Shown: positions 42,601 through 49,464, counted from the stretch's first letter. The stretch is 64,000 nt of DNA from an uncultured virus (IMG/VR IMGVR_UViG_3300006888_000001) (IMGVR_UViG_3300006888_000001), one strand, 5' to 3'. The notes: generated from the letters alone by a model not told the origin. A program made the numbers and translations.

Positions 42601-43291
42601 GAATCTCATCAAGGGCAAGCTCTCGCCGCTGATGCGGATCGTGGGCGCTTTGGGCACCAAGACCGATTACCGCGAGCGGCCCTTCACGGGCGTGAAGGAG
42701 CTGGTCACCACGGGCCAGACCGTGAAGAGTTCGCGGCATCTGTCCAAAGAACAGTTCTTTGACGCGCTCCCCTCCATCCTGGCGGCGCAGATCCGCGACC
42801 TGCAGCCCATCCAGGTGGGCTATCTGCTCAAATATTTGCAAGGCGAGGAAGAAGGTTTGACGGCGCTTCTTGCCTCTGGAGGCGCGCACATGAGCGCAAC
42901 CCAGAAGCCCGATGTGATCGGCAAGGAGTTTGAGGAGGCGGCGAAGGAAGTGAACAGGGCCCGCCTCCGCTGGCGCGAGCTGGGCGAGCTGCGGGCGGCG
43001 TATCTGGCCCTGTACGAGAAAGATCCGGCCGCGGCCGAGGCTCTGCGCACGGAGCGCGCCGCCGACTTCAAGGAGGCCCGGACCTTCCGCCGCGACAACG
43101 AGAAGCTGCTGCGGCTGTACCCGATGTACGCGCGGGTGCGCGAGGCCCTGGGCGAGCAGGGCCGGAGCAAGCGCCTGCAGGAGGCCTATGTGCTGGACAA
43201 AAACAAACGCTCCACGAGCGTTGACACGCTTGATGAGAATATCGAAAAGCTGAAGCGTACATTTGTCGAGAAATATCGCAAGGCTGGATAG
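30605..43291 (+). CDS. Giant polyvalent protein (4228 aa): SF2 helicase, N6-adenine MTase, JAB/RadC, zincin peptidase, BECR-like nuclease, ADP-ribosyltransferase-like
   Basis: GTGTGKT (~34515), DEAH (~34775), SAT, QEGRIYR (~35965); DYFATP, LEPSAGHG, NPPF (~36565); HNHPGEKAYLSPQD (~37740); HEGTGHHG (~38605); HIAERH...WRVVSA (39080-39295); FHGT...GRGVYL...GFDG...EQVKS (39735-40085). Confidence 0.9.
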   Translation: MMNFQITDDILDAWDQELGFAEERQATPAVSRSVPQTKGSVEQALTTAGKFELTPEVLDQWDRELGFDKEPVDAAAREAVAEPAQVEGPGVVARGIGKALGNVVGLGDLLPDVEVRLGQDRPAELVPRSDPRGPEWEKQGAEISSMLGRGVAHTAKAAWENGDFGQTQEELIDSYRAVRDKVGADQEFLKSREDWAEGLPEGILSLPYSLTTMGASLLGSLAGSPGGKTGSVLGGMAASGATAYRASRHDFMGNLLLKASQELGRVPTPEEWTALQDKFDGAATKYGAWEAIPEAVGNAMFMGVVGPGSKWVADKLSKKLGTGLVGRVVKGPVGRVTAGMVGTQAEEQSMEGLTGWGQGGVEAEVGLRDKAPTLAEAYKESFAPTFWMTMITGGLGTGASHVYDRWKQSGRITEPEADPTQTQIPSDPAREQAARDTLDQGREVDLLDLTPTDPATPPPAVPSAPAAAAASTVTGRVDELADTLGQMNDVPVVDEANEISPAVLGTPEGDAAFQESQRAAAEAAVPVGGKFVPDGAQPVAPVAEQAPDTPFTPSELQGMMPAPEEPILVPPMEQAGAVDALDAGQGMPSNDVEKQERAPWQMTLGEYLEAKPDGPKSRMNTHEHHVREALEQGLPVPPEVLARYKGRYWMERQPEEPVAIELEGGFGGGEGAAPPGHVSIFDQAVSFGEVAGQHKQEGMDDRRQGETGGADAGQVGQGFQQDDGGPVGDIQAGAVQQDDQGQGGSLQAGSFVEDQSRIAEALDYADNVTRHLVGAGALTEEEAGLIEQAERDESEARLADLAYEMSMHAEVRDHALDIHERVISRIRKLGGINYDHAREQMGRDGIQWMQSRFGLGFVSSDGVMLDELADMLSAEVPELAIDREVQNLMDLLRDRVQSKKAIEQDYSRAVDGVRMEMSEIIGRLQERQDYREGKNVFDQRAESDTEQANAPPHDPALDESMAEFMAEYDRQLAEKEAKAQKPKTLREKGKERREKRAEPSPEKQARATARANRKPGQTLKDAKAEVADHAQGLADSLKAAADVFSRFGGLSVRIVKDGEEVNQDLYRELKPHLTKALEHLKAMGVAGKDLVREFVSRAMEIFGANAAKARPYFAKFVREEIAGGTNVDQQRGGEDLERDSRAGQPGNGVGQESLLDERGGAEPGGGQGIQGAAETGRGSRSGQRLPGRAAPAGGEQGDTGIREETSATERGPAGSEFGERGDTAGHGGHGIEPVPDQAVARAAAKRAEADERIADQKKAPTAQKSGDLANIAETLPVLYEGQHKDVQFAELRFEKGAGVMFTNGTGTGKTGSGLGIVKRLVNADKTNILIAVPADKIAKDWIDFAAKYLNLTVTQLKDTKDAGKGVVITTHANMGMNDALASRQWDLVIIDEAHKLMSSENGDVTDALNALRAITMHKDGAYKLARMRHPDLYAAHEEASVSHKWATDEQIAKSNAAYTAWRNAMRAVDDEVRQARERGIRSRLDATDGRPGVVFLSATPFAYVKDVDYAAGYLFDYPEVKGTGYNAPSGQQSFMIQHFGFRMRTGKMNKPEADVDSGLMERQFNSWLKREKVLSSRTLQVDFDYDRRFVLVESAIGRKIDEGLELLRSKRFRELGDKVGKTFDHLARRYLLEAIKAREAISVIEAHLARGRKVVIFHDYKQGGNWHNPFDVSGYTLDDDEQVRSQARAFRDEYPDLVNLPIKGLSSPIDALTRAFPNLLLFNGDVPGKQRNENVKLFQDDDSGRNLILVQSAAGEAGISLHDTTGTHQRVLINLGLPTRPVTAMQQEGRIYRVGQASHAIFRYLNTGTSWERWAFASTIAGRASTAENLAMGEEARALRDGFIQAFEDSDAWEPGHESEGLGGKERDAAAMAAISEWDRARTMYFGQQKKTSRTKAAEGADYFATPEPLGLKMVEWAGISPGMDVLEPSAGHGAIARWFPDLARKVVIEPSHELASRIGLVSDAKIVTERFEDHHVVNKYDAIVMNPPFGTAGKLAMEHVAKAFTHLREGGRIVALIPEGPSMEKRFDAWYESEAAKHAHLRMSLSLPAVTFERAGTSVRTRVVVIDKAEKPVGHVEQRSPSEVGGETIKDFFENLEHRTAPDRVRTEDVVQQEAAEKASSGEGVFFDAAETKHSKTGEALYVAKKAGQVSDADYKKLASMAKAHGGWWSSYKASGAIPGFQFKDRKGRDVFLQEANELLQGVGKVAEGPAQYQTKPGSVRTASSLDGGVHAVDGASETVRAEQIGGEYGKERTLAESEPENEREGDISGRRGADSVSGAEPGSAGRLPGVRSVLLKTVEKQYVPAKIKSDLDAAVAVASLADQPQENMVALVLDAGNKPLAILHHSKGSTDSTVAEPAILSGSVLDVPGARYVYLAHNHPGEKAYLSPQDVKLAGTYHDLFEGSGVKMLGLLAVTSNSFANELGGNIPIPASSGKGKRVPVQVRVFFGVYEPERVIRLNDPNVLIRHSETITGGADSGIVLLNTQNVVVGFVPMSPQHMATLRGNGLGNILRAMHRANANGVLGVIPGIFDTKAWHNVAALARVAGLRALDVLYRDQHGDLQSFRGNGQDFGGDVDVFFSRAENPTAKGMPAADVKSVVDAVAGNWAKAPVVNVVQSVRDLPAKILGAVRKAGAEGDVQAVYHNGTIHIIADRMASADHVRRTLLHEGTGHHGLRLIMRKAELNRALDLAWENSKVRDAAGEIAGGYELDLSDLDQRREAVEEVLAHWAETGVRAWALDRFVAAVRRALRRVLPGLKMTDAEVLDLIVRARRAVVEGKGARAVAGGGAKMSRNPADIGMITEEIATAIGWQPGPIRLGPEDMTHIAERHQREIARMGYPSVSDFVKHVVENFDAVYQGYGRSVFLAVRGGKTWKAATVKMEFEPKGNFWRVVSASPVRPDYFVNLEGVERKKLLWEGAQSNHRLAATPSAVSGQSSYEGNISATDEDDNTYLSRGRGRKSISIDGIERPAVNSEGRPIHESTAGIVNFWRWFDGFQRGRVGGKAVAGAYAGGNRRGVRFDSADGRRGREVGLDDRGRPRVFFHGTAEAIDAFDLDHPNRKDNGWLGRGVYLISDSRIAETYANLKGGFKNQAVMPLYAAVRNPYHASLKIKQKLRRFSKTSIERWTQGLKDQGFDGVVLDFPDGTTELVAFYPEQVKSVTGNAGSFDSANDDIRFSRGEKKTKLQQSAFKTRADAAEAGMQTGADTGALKEPLRERAPTNHRLAATPSAVSGQSGSSDESLETFGEGDNTRFFRAATQVSQTVAGMATPMTPAQIAAELEANRTFANKIHEGRDQVRHQIKLAATEMQRAVQRLADSKKWKYNPLKIFSSEKELKDSSRSRLLDAAMLVHREMQINPDKVQEFKDWAREQLEVKKVKGEERLRIQDQLRVLEAAENLTIEQKQFVDDTMNNAFETLGGQAKNAGVVNTLLDNYVRRLWNRPQDGDKAVFSGAGHAFKTFTTASKARSLETIFDGWIKGYDLQIKGITSSWAAIAGEIGEIVANKQFIQEGRAQGVLSARRQKGYAELQGKGFQVWVRKAGVKIRMRDVYGLLGTDGQGRKMYVSTPNRYWAVYTDKAARRADTLFDDEALARAYAEQLREQGAPGAWVEFRQEVDIFEKVPLYAPEKVADLINRMTRAMDGDSPWKAPLPRAILAFNNAAKGWILMTSFFHHLAGARSWAFGVNQGALEALRKGDVSDAVQKMARSINPVSAHKRGLEKIRTSNAVLRQLIKHGLTLGELADWSEGVASEHRGITDRLFTHLSGRLPGAEKVVAGVRAGRYFRERAANALFKRYFAGLKAEAAVLEYGHQLDAEIREANREGRVPNPDLVAERVARLVNDDFGGLHLARMGRHPGVQAGLRLLLLAPDWTESNWRTITGMVPGLNDAVARMMHEVPAPPGMDKVYRRFWARIIVVGALHTLALQVLVSALLGDDDDHWYDLYKDQFADWDALRRMKWTGVDVTPIYKRLGVDVPKGERRVFSVVGHFADFLRIMDPENLIKGKLSPLMRIVGALGTKTDYRERPFTGVKELVTTGQTVKSSRHLSKEQFFDALPSILAAQIRDLQPIQVGYLLKYLQGEEEGLTALLASGGAHMSATQKPDVIGKEFEEAAKEVNRARLRWRELGELRAAYLALYEKDPAAAEALRTERAADFKEARTFRRDNEKLLRLYPMYARVREALGEQGRSKRLQEAYVLDKNKRSTSVDTLDENIEKLKRTFVEKYRKAG
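32703..32879 (+). CDS. Nested +1-frame small ORF 1 (58 aa, basic) inside the giant gene
   Basis: AGGAGG 6 nt before ATG; MTEDKAKRAEQTLDRLAKAFNK...; the giant frame here is a G/Q/D linker. Confidence 0.6.
   Translation: MTEDKAKRAEQTLDRLAKAFNKTTAGRSATFKRGLFNRMTKDKGEAFRQDLLSRINLE
33981..34364 (+). CDS. Nested +1-frame ORF 2 (127 aa, helical) inside the giant gene, just before the helicase domain
   Basis: GGAGG 5 nt before ATG; G/C third-position bias switches to this frame; protein-like amphipathic sequence. Confidence 0.75.
   Translation: MSINSVAARIWNEIAEQGNLATAWAKKAFSMSEEELSQEEDREYKALLKQGEDHEVASAFLDVRHLLAESKAIRAYVKKHPQLSAALPEVNSVNEAILLAMGDTELSLSQTKRLRELLQSELKQMSA
37353..37532 (+). CDS. Nested +1-frame small ORF 3 (59 aa), just before the JAB/RadC domain
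   Basis: GGAGGTGA SD before ATG; MEKKEPLPNPSRKTSVKVTYPVDEERILFPEPSQEALDAFQEYVRS... Confidence 0.65.
   Translation: MEKKEPLPNPSRKTSVKVTYPVDEERILFPEPSQEALDAFQEYVRSCLKQSKNNTSPQK
39340..39421 (-). ncRNA. Putative antisense structured small RNA, copy 1
   Basis: Minus strand: TTGTCA-17 bp-TATGTT promoter, 11-bp terminal stem AACTGCTTTGG/CCAAAGCAGTT, TCGCC-GCAA-GGCGA GNRA hairpin, ends in a T7 tract. Confidence 0.6.
39428..39456 (-). promoter_or_regulatory. Putative sigma70 antisense promoter
   Basis: -35 TTGTCA (39456..39451), 17-bp spacer, -10 TATGTT (39433..39428). Confidence 0.55.
39588..39758 (+). CDS. Nested +1-frame small ORF 4 (56 aa, very acidic), overlapping the start of the ART domain
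   Basis: GGAGGT SD; MDFNEEELVEKLLQAHTQEEIDAVFDLIPLTDEEEEKLASM...; 18 D/E vs 4 K/R. Confidence 0.7.
   Translation: MDFNEEELVEKLLQAHTQEEIDAVFDLIPLTDEEEEKLASMTGDDPEYFFTERQKP
40236..40321 (-). ncRNA. Putative antisense structured small RNA, copy 2
   Basis: 40242..40316 matches 39345..39419 at 67/75 with a compensatory stem change; TTGTCA retained at 40356..40351. Confidence 0.5.
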
Positions 43292-43362
43292 GGATCAGCC
43301 CCATCGGGGAGGCCGCCGTGGAAGGAAAGAGCATTGTGACCCTACAGAAAGGATTGCCCGGC

Positions 43363-43644
43363 ATGGGCGTGGACGAGAAGAAGCTGACGCGCGAAAAGCG
43401 CCTGCTGCGCTGGTTCAAGGACCGTGGCTGGGACCTGACCACAGACGTGGCCAAGGTCATGGGCGTACACCGCACCTTCCCAGGCAAATGCCTGATCGCC
43501 TGCACAGACCCACTGCCGAGTGAGATGCGTAAGAAGTTATTGGCAGCGGGCGTACCGGATAATTTGCTGCCGCCGGGGAAAGAGGTGAAGAGGGGCCAGG
43601 GGAGGGCGTTGCCGAAGGTGGGGTTTAATTATTGTGCGTTGTGA
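43363..43644 (+). CDS. Cro-like small DNA-binding protein
   Basis: DVAKVMGVHR HTH; RKKLLAAGVPDNLLP resembles REKLVSAGIPAELLP of 59030..59245. Confidence 0.65.
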   Translation: MGVDEKKLTREKRLLRWFKDRGWDLTTDVAKVMGVHRTFPGKCLIACTDPLPSEMRKKLLAAGVPDNLLPPGKEVKRGQGRALPKVGFNYCAL

Positions 43645-43677
43645 GGGGGGGGGTATGAGATTGGAGAAACAAAGGGT

Positions 43678-43705
43678 AAGGCCATCCGATTTTGGGTGGC
43701 CTTTT
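43678..43705 (+). terminator. Terminator ending the late operon (possibly bidirectional)
   Basis: AAGGCCATCC-GATTTT-GGGTGGCCTT-TT between convergent genes. Confidence 0.65.
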
Positions 43706-43756
43706 GATTTAGGTAGGTTTGTTATTCAGTAAAGTCGAAATCAAGACTCATAATTT

Positions 43757-45151
43757 TTACTGATATCTATTGATGCGCTGCAATCTACTGGAATATAAGG
43801 TGCCTAGCTTTTCATCAGGCCAGTCTAGATGCTTTAAAATTAGTCGTTCCGTTAAGATTTGTATTCGTATGGTATTATCATTTAATAGATATACGTCTTC
43901 ACAGTGTGCCATATGGAATAGCTTATTTCTGATAGATAAAGCATTTTGAAGTCCTAAATTAAAATCAAGTTTATTCCATATGTCGTCTTTTTCAATTTCA
44001 AGAATATTAGCGCAATAGATTATTTTATCAATTACAGAAGGTCTTTTCAGTTCAGGTAATTTTTTTATAAGTAATTCACAATATTTGCCAATTTCATCAT
44101 GACTTGATAGATTTTCTATAGCGACTTTTAAAGTCAATTCTATTGTTTTCCATTTTGATGATGGGATGCTTATTTCTTTTTTGTAAATTCGTGTTAGTCC
44201 GTCACATAGACATTCTAGCGCTATAATTGAATGAAAAAAGTTTATTTCAACTGCATTTTCTAAATATGACAATGATAAAAATAATATGCTATTTTTTAGC
44301 TCATTTTTAATATTTGAAGATTTGTATGATTTTAAAAGTACTTCAAATCCTGAATTAATTAGATCTGCATGGTCAATTAAAGAGAATGAGTTCTTTTGAT
44401 ATGATTTATGTGGAGTATATTTTCGAATTATTGGACACGTTACGTTTGTGTTTCTTGAAAAAGGCGTTATTTGTATTTCTCCCCATTGGATTGATCGTCT
44501 ATTACATAGAGAAAGTAATGATGTGACGTCTCCAATTTCATCCATTATAGCGTCTAAAATAAATTTTAAGCTACATTCCTGAGTGTTAATGGTAAATGTT
44601 ACAATTGGTTTTGAAAACGACATGATTGCATTATTTTTGTAGTATTCTTTTTTTATAAAACTATATTGATCCAGAGCCATCCATTCTCCAAGTTCTGATT
44701 TCCATTTTATTTCTTCTTTATACGAAGAAAGATAATTTATTGATCCATCATCGCTACAGTTAGATGATCGTTTTTTGCTAATGCTATAGCTAGGGCATAA
44801 TGTTATTGTAGAATGTACAAATTCTATATCTCTTATTTTATCATCGCTAATCGAATATTCAAATCCCCCAGAGTGGACTATCGCTTTATTTTTATGAGAA
44901 GTTAATTCTACTATATTTTTTAAAATTAAATTATTCTTATCATTTTCTTGATTCTTGATAAATAAATCTCCATATTCGTCTCCAAGCATTATATTATCAA
45001 TATCATCATAAAATGAGTATTCTCCTTCAAGAAAATAAATTTCCGTAATTATTTTTTCAAAAACATGTTTATTGTATTCAATTTTAACAAAAACATTAAT
45101 ACTATCTGCGATTATACCTTTTATTTCAATTTTTTTAATTTCTGAATACAT
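43757..45151 (-). CDS. ApeA-like HEPN domain protein (putative anti-phage RNase)
   Basis: C-terminal IIALECL and RNKLFH (RxxxxH) motifs; very AT-rich. Confidence 0.65.
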   Translation of the reverse strand: MYSEIKKIEIKGIIADSINVFVKIEYNKHVFEKIITEIYFLEGEYSFYDDIDNIMLGDEYGDLFIKNQENDKNNLILKNIVELTSHKNKAIVHSGGFEYSISDDKIRDIEFVHSTITLCPSYSISKKRSSNCSDDGSINYLSSYKEEIKWKSELGEWMALDQYSFIKKEYYKNNAIMSFSKPIVTFTINTQECSLKFILDAIMDEIGDVTSLLSLCNRRSIQWGEIQITPFSRNTNVTCPIIRKYTPHKSYQKNSFSLIDHADLINSGFEVLLKSYKSSNIKNELKNSILFLSLSYLENAVEINFFHSIIALECLCDGLTRIYKKEISIPSSKWKTIELTLKVAIENLSSHDEIGKYCELLIKKLPELKRPSVIDKIIYCANILEIEKDDIWNKLDFNLGLQNALSIRNKLFHMAHCEDVYLLNDNTIRIQILTERLILKHLDWPDEKLGTLYSSRLQRINRYQ

Positions 45152-45309
45152 AGATATACCGCACTGTTTAAAATATTTAAAATTTGCTCATCTAATCACC
45201 AACGTATCTTGATAACAAAATAAGCGCACAAAGAAATATCATAGCCTGATTTGATCATTAATTCATTGAATTATAATTTTTACAAAACAACTGCATTGTT
45301 GAATCAAAT

Positions 45310-45948
45310 TTAAATTTTATCTGGATTGACCTTAGGGCAACAATCAACAAATCTACGTTGAATATCCGGGATTTTTCCCTGCTGGTTGCTGTCGCCAGAC
45401 AGTATCACAAGCATCATACCAGTCATTACCAGTAGTCCGTTTGAAGATTTAGCCGCTTGGGCTAGGAGTTCCGTGGGATAGCCTTTGGCATGCCGAGTAA
45501 TGGCGTGGATGCCTCCGTGAATATATGAACTGAGGGGTTTCCATGAGTATTCTTTAAACTCAAGTAATTGGCCAGTTACTTGAGGTGGCGCTTTGTCTTC
45601 AAGTTCCTTGAGTATTCCGTTCAACAGAGGAACCTTGTCCGCCCACTTTTCAGTTTCAGAAGTCAATTCACTTTCTAGTTTTCTAATCATGTTTTCTGAG
45701 GCTGCATAAAGAGCCCAGATTGCTTTCGCAAGGGATTCATATTGCATTCTGATTACTCCAAGTGAAGAAGTAAAATTTCCCGTGCTGAGGAGTATACGGA
45801 CACTCTCAGAATGCTCGAATGAAACGCCACAAAGGACGCGGCTCGATGTGATTCGCGCAGAGTAGTTGTTCACAGGAAGATCAAGGAAGATTTCCAATTC
45901 GGCAGACATCTCATGCGACCGCCGTAAAAGATTCACAATGTTAGTCAC
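45310..45948 (-). CDS. DUF5677/DUF6988-like helical protein (HEPN-related)
   Basis: SSLGVIRMQYESL and WKPLSSYIHGG motifs. Confidence 0.55.
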   Translation of the reverse strand: MTNIVNLLRRSHEMSAELEIFLDLPVNNYSARITSSRVLCGVSFEHSESVRILLSTGNFTSSLGVIRMQYESLAKAIWALYAASENMIRKLESELTSETEKWADKVPLLNGILKELEDKAPPQVTGQLLEFKEYSWKPLSSYIHGGIHAITRHAKGYPTELLAQAAKSSNGLLVMTGMMLVILSGDSNQQGKIPDIQRRFVDCCPKVNPDKI

Positions 45949-45996
45949 GATAAGCTCATAGCATTTGAAAATTTTAGACTGAATATATAATCTTGA

Positions 45997-46779
45997 TTAA
46001 TGTCGTTTACGTCTCAATAATGAGTCATCTTTTCGAGTGAATACATAGCTTCCGTCTTTTTTGAAAATAGCGATTTCTTTGTCATTTACAGCAATAAGCA
46101 ATCCTTCGTGAATGACATTGCCTTTGTCGTCAACCACGGAAAAACAGTTATTCCACTTCGAATTTTTGTCTGCATGACAACCATTTTCAAGATACAATTT
46201 GATTCTTTCCTGAGCGGTGTCGTGCCCCTTAGAATATGCACTCATCGGTAGGAGCCACCAAAAAATAGCAATAGCCATGGCAGCTGTTGCGAAAGCGATA
46301 ACTCCGTAGGATGCAAGTCCTACAATCCCAATGGATTTTGTGAAGTCGTTGTTCTTCCAATGGAGCCAGGACACCACAACTTTGACTTTGCAAAGTATCC
46401 ATTGGATGCGTGGATGAAAACCGTGCCTAGTTGATTTCAGTAACCAATAAATAAAAGAAATTAATACTACAGCTGCGCCAATAGCCAAATATATGACTGG
46501 AGGATTGAATAGCGTAGTCAGGAAATTTGAAGCAAGTTCTCCAATCGTAAGAAGAAGATGACCTATTGCTTGATACGAAAATACATAAATATCTGGTGCT
46601 GAAATTGGAAATCCATTAGATTCAACTCCAAATGCACTCATGTATCCTTGATAATATCTAAGCCCCAGCAAGTAAGCTGCTGGCGTGATGATAGCTACGA
46701 TGGCGCCAATGGTGCCAATGGTCAAAGGTGCGAGATTTTTTTTGGATTCTTCGGCATGAGGTTCGAGCGTAGGGGGCAT
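45997..46779 (-). CDS. Multi-pass membrane protein
   Basis: 3-4 hydrophobic helices plus a C-terminal soluble domain. Confidence 0.65.
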   Translation of the reverse strand: MPPTLEPHAEESKKNLAPLTIGTIGAIVAIITPAAYLLGLRYYQGYMSAFGVESNGFPISAPDIYVFSYQAIGHLLLTIGELASNFLTTLFNPPVIYLAIGAAVVLISFIYWLLKSTRHGFHPRIQWILCKVKVVVSWLHWKNNDFTKSIGIVGLASYGVIAFATAAMAIAIFWWLLPMSAYSKGHDTAQERIKLYLENGCHADKNSKWNNCFSVVDDKGNVIHEGLLIAVNDKEIAIFKKDGSYVFTRKDDSLLRRKRH

Positions 46780-46903
46780 GGGGAGACTCGTGCAAAATGT
46801 TAAGGTGCCGGGCCAACAAATCATCCGTAATTTCCAAGATGCGCCTTGACGTAGGAAGACTGTGTCTCGAAAAATACGATACCAGATATCACCGTGAGTC
46901 TTT

Positions 46904-46962
46904 CGCCAACGTCAGGAGTCACCTGCAGTTGGTAGCGCCTGCTGAATTAACTTTTGTTCTGC
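46904..46962 (-). other. Possible degenerate integron attC-like site
   Basis: Minus strand GCAGAAC...TTCAGC...GGTGAC...GTTGGCG, 59 bp, at the 3' end of the PLD gene. Confidence 0.3.
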
Positions 46963-48099
46963 TTTTTTAGACGCTAACCATATCACGGTGTCTAACTCTG
47001 CGAGATTTTTTGCTGGATGATTGGGGTTCTGAATAATTGCAGATCGCAACTTTATTGCAAGATCAATGTAGCGTGAACCTTCGCTGGCGCGCCGAGGTGC
47101 TTTGAATTTCATCTCTGCAAGGTAATTCTGAATGGGATTATTAAGAATAGGGTAATTCGCAGGGAATGCAAGGCAAAGCATCTCAGATAAAAACGCTTTA
47201 CGTGTTGTAACTTGCATCTGGTGTAGTTCGTCAATTTCTTCTCTAACAACGTCGTCTCGATCATTATCCGAGGCTTCAAGAATCCTCAGATAACTCTTTG
47301 CCAACACTCTAAAATCACTGCCTTTGCCTTGACGTTCCCATCCAGCTCCTTGCAGGCGATCGCCAAGTTCACCACTCCAGTAGTTAGGGAGTTTTTCGTA
47401 GAATTGAGAAGAACTGATTTGTCCATCCGCACATTTCCGGAAAAGACTGATAAGTTTCTTTCTGTTTTTCTCGTATGCGGCCAATTGAGTACGCCGAATC
47501 TCAATTTGCTGCTTCATGCCTGCAAGTCGTGGCAATTTTAGTGTAATCGTTTGCGTCACTGCGTTTTTCTTCGTAGGCTTACTGCCAGTGCCGCGGCAGG
47601 TTGGAGTGACCTCTTTATATTGACTTAGCCAATCTTCAGATACAGGAATAGATTGTTTCTCAATGCGTCGAATCCAATTTTTTGCTTCTTCATATTCGTT
47701 CTCGGATATATGAGAAAATACATTTGCCTCAAAATTCGATTCAAAAGCAGCTCGTGTAAGATTTGATGAACCCACGATAGCGAAATAATCACCTTTGGGC
47801 TCTTTCCAGAAAACTGCTTTCGGGTGAAATCCTGCAATCATGTCGGCAACCAGGAATTGACTTTTTCTTTTTGGAGGTAGCCAGCGCATAACTTTTTCGC
47901 AGGCTGCTTTCTTGGTAATTCCGAAGTCTTTTCCTATGATCAAACGAAAACTCCGACATAAAGGATTCAACTCTAAGCTCTCATCCCATTCTGTGAGATA
48001 TGCAGTTACTACAAATAATTCCAATGCCTGTTTAAATGCTCTTTTGTAAAGCTCAACAAGCTTACTTTTATTTTCTGGATTATGGAGAAATAGTTTCAT
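46912..48099 (-). CDS. PLD-family (HKD) nuclease domain protein, restriction-endonuclease-like
   Basis: VVTAYL, FHPK...AIVGSSNLT...NFEAN motif. Confidence 0.8.
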   Translation of the reverse strand: MKLFLHNPENKSKLVELYKRAFKQALELFVVTAYLTEWDESLELNPLCRSFRLIIGKDFGITKKAACEKVMRWLPPKRKSQFLVADMIAGFHPKAVFWKEPKGDYFAIVGSSNLTRAAFESNFEANVFSHISENEYEEAKNWIRRIEKQSIPVSEDWLSQYKEVTPTCRGTGSKPTKKNAVTQTITLKLPRLAGMKQQIEIRRTQLAAYEKNRKKLISLFRKCADGQISSSQFYEKLPNYWSGELGDRLQGAGWERQGKGSDFRVLAKSYLRILEASDNDRDDVVREEIDELHQMQVTTRKAFLSEMLCLAFPANYPILNNPIQNYLAEMKFKAPRRASEGSRYIDLAIKLRSAIIQNPNHPAKNLAELDTVIWLASKKAEQKLIQQALPTAGDS

Positions 48100-48106
48100 T
48101 GTATTT

Positions 48107-49135
48107 TTATTGCGTAGAATTAGCTGTTTTAACTAATGATTTACCAAGAATTTCGACGACTGGACTTATAGATTGAGCCTCTTTCTCTTGATCTTCATAT
48201 CCTGTGGGTCGATTAACAAATGCAGCCTGAGATGCTTGGAGCAAAATAGCGTCTCTGATCTGTTGGTCAGCACTTCCTTCTACAAAAGCTCTAAAGGTCA
48301 TAAGAGCATTTGCTCTATGTTTATTGAGTGTTTCATTATGTTTGCTTGATTTATAATTTTTAGCACATAAAAAAATACTGAACGATAAAGTTGAAAGAAG
48401 AATTAACTTGCTGACCACATATTGAATGGTAGCTGATATTGTTTCAGGGTGGTAATTAAAGCTTATTATTAAAAAAGATATTGCAACAATTAATGTAGCA
48501 ATGGATGTTGTTATTGTAGCTATCAGCCATTTTTGGGCAGCAGTAGCGTGTGCCGTTGAGTCTCCTAAAAATATTTGGGCTGTTGTTGCAACGCCAGCTT
48601 CTGCTGCTTGATCTTTAACTGCTTGAAGCGCACTTTCTGCATCAATTTTATATGAGCCTAGCATCTCTTTAAACGTCTCAGCTTCTTCTTTCATGGTGGC
48701 ATGATAGCCTTTAGCCTCGCGCTCAATTTTGGCATAGTCAGTGGCTTGTGATGCAGTAAAGGCTAATGGAATAGTCAGAGGTTCGATTATTGAATCATAA
48801 GAATTTTTGACTTCTTGGATTATGGCGTTGCAAACGTCAGCTGGTGTATTTTGATTTATTGTAAAGTTTTTGACTCTTTCTGTTAACGATTCTAAATTTT
48901 TACATGCGGATGCGATTTGGTTAAGATGAGTATAACCTAATCTATTAATGTCTCTTTGATTAAGCTGCTTGATTATATCAATCATTTCTTCAAAAAAGGG
49001 GACCGAATCTGAAAAATTAATGTCTCTCGACAATTCTTCAGTTCTTGCCAATGAATCAGGTTTTATATTTGCCAATTTTTCGAGTATCTTTTTAACATCA
49101 TTGATTTTTACAGTTCTTTCCTCTGGAGTTGCCAT
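48107..49135 (-). CDS. Coiled-coil protein with two TM helices
   Basis: Helical N-terminus, two hydrophobic segments, NKHRANALMTF; 7-nt gap to the PLD gene. Confidence 0.7.
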   Translation of the reverse strand: MATPEERTVKINDVKKILEKLANIKPDSLARTEELSRDINFSDSVPFFEEMIDIIKQLNQRDINRLGYTHLNQIASACKNLESLTERVKNFTINQNTPADVCNAIIQEVKNSYDSIIEPLTIPLAFTASQATDYAKIEREAKGYHATMKEEAETFKEMLGSYKIDAESALQAVKDQAAEAGVATTAQIFLGDSTAHATAAQKWLIATITTSIATLIVAISFLIISFNYHPETISATIQYVVSKLILLSTLSFSIFLCAKNYKSSKHNETLNKHRANALMTFRAFVEGSADQQIRDAILLQASQAAFVNRPTGYEDQEKEAQSISPVVEILGKSLVKTANSTQ

Positions 49136-49464
49136 GTTATTTCCTTAGTGTTTGCGGCTTATTCAGATTCAGTGTCGAAACAGTTGAAACCAATAATCTG
49201 GAATCCATAGATAATGCAAGCCAATGTATTGTCATACAATCTTTGGAATTGTGATTTCGTAGCAAACAAGTCTGACTCAAAGTCTACCTTTCACTCACCA
49301 TGATTTTTTTTAAATTATTCCGTTTTCCTGCAATCTGCCGAAACAAACGACAAGAACACCCCATATGCGTACCACAATGTATTCCTGGCGTCTGTTATGC
49401 TTAACTGTCTACCCATTCAAAGGATCGTCAGGATTTGCTAGAGATCCCCAAAAAAGGGGGCTGT

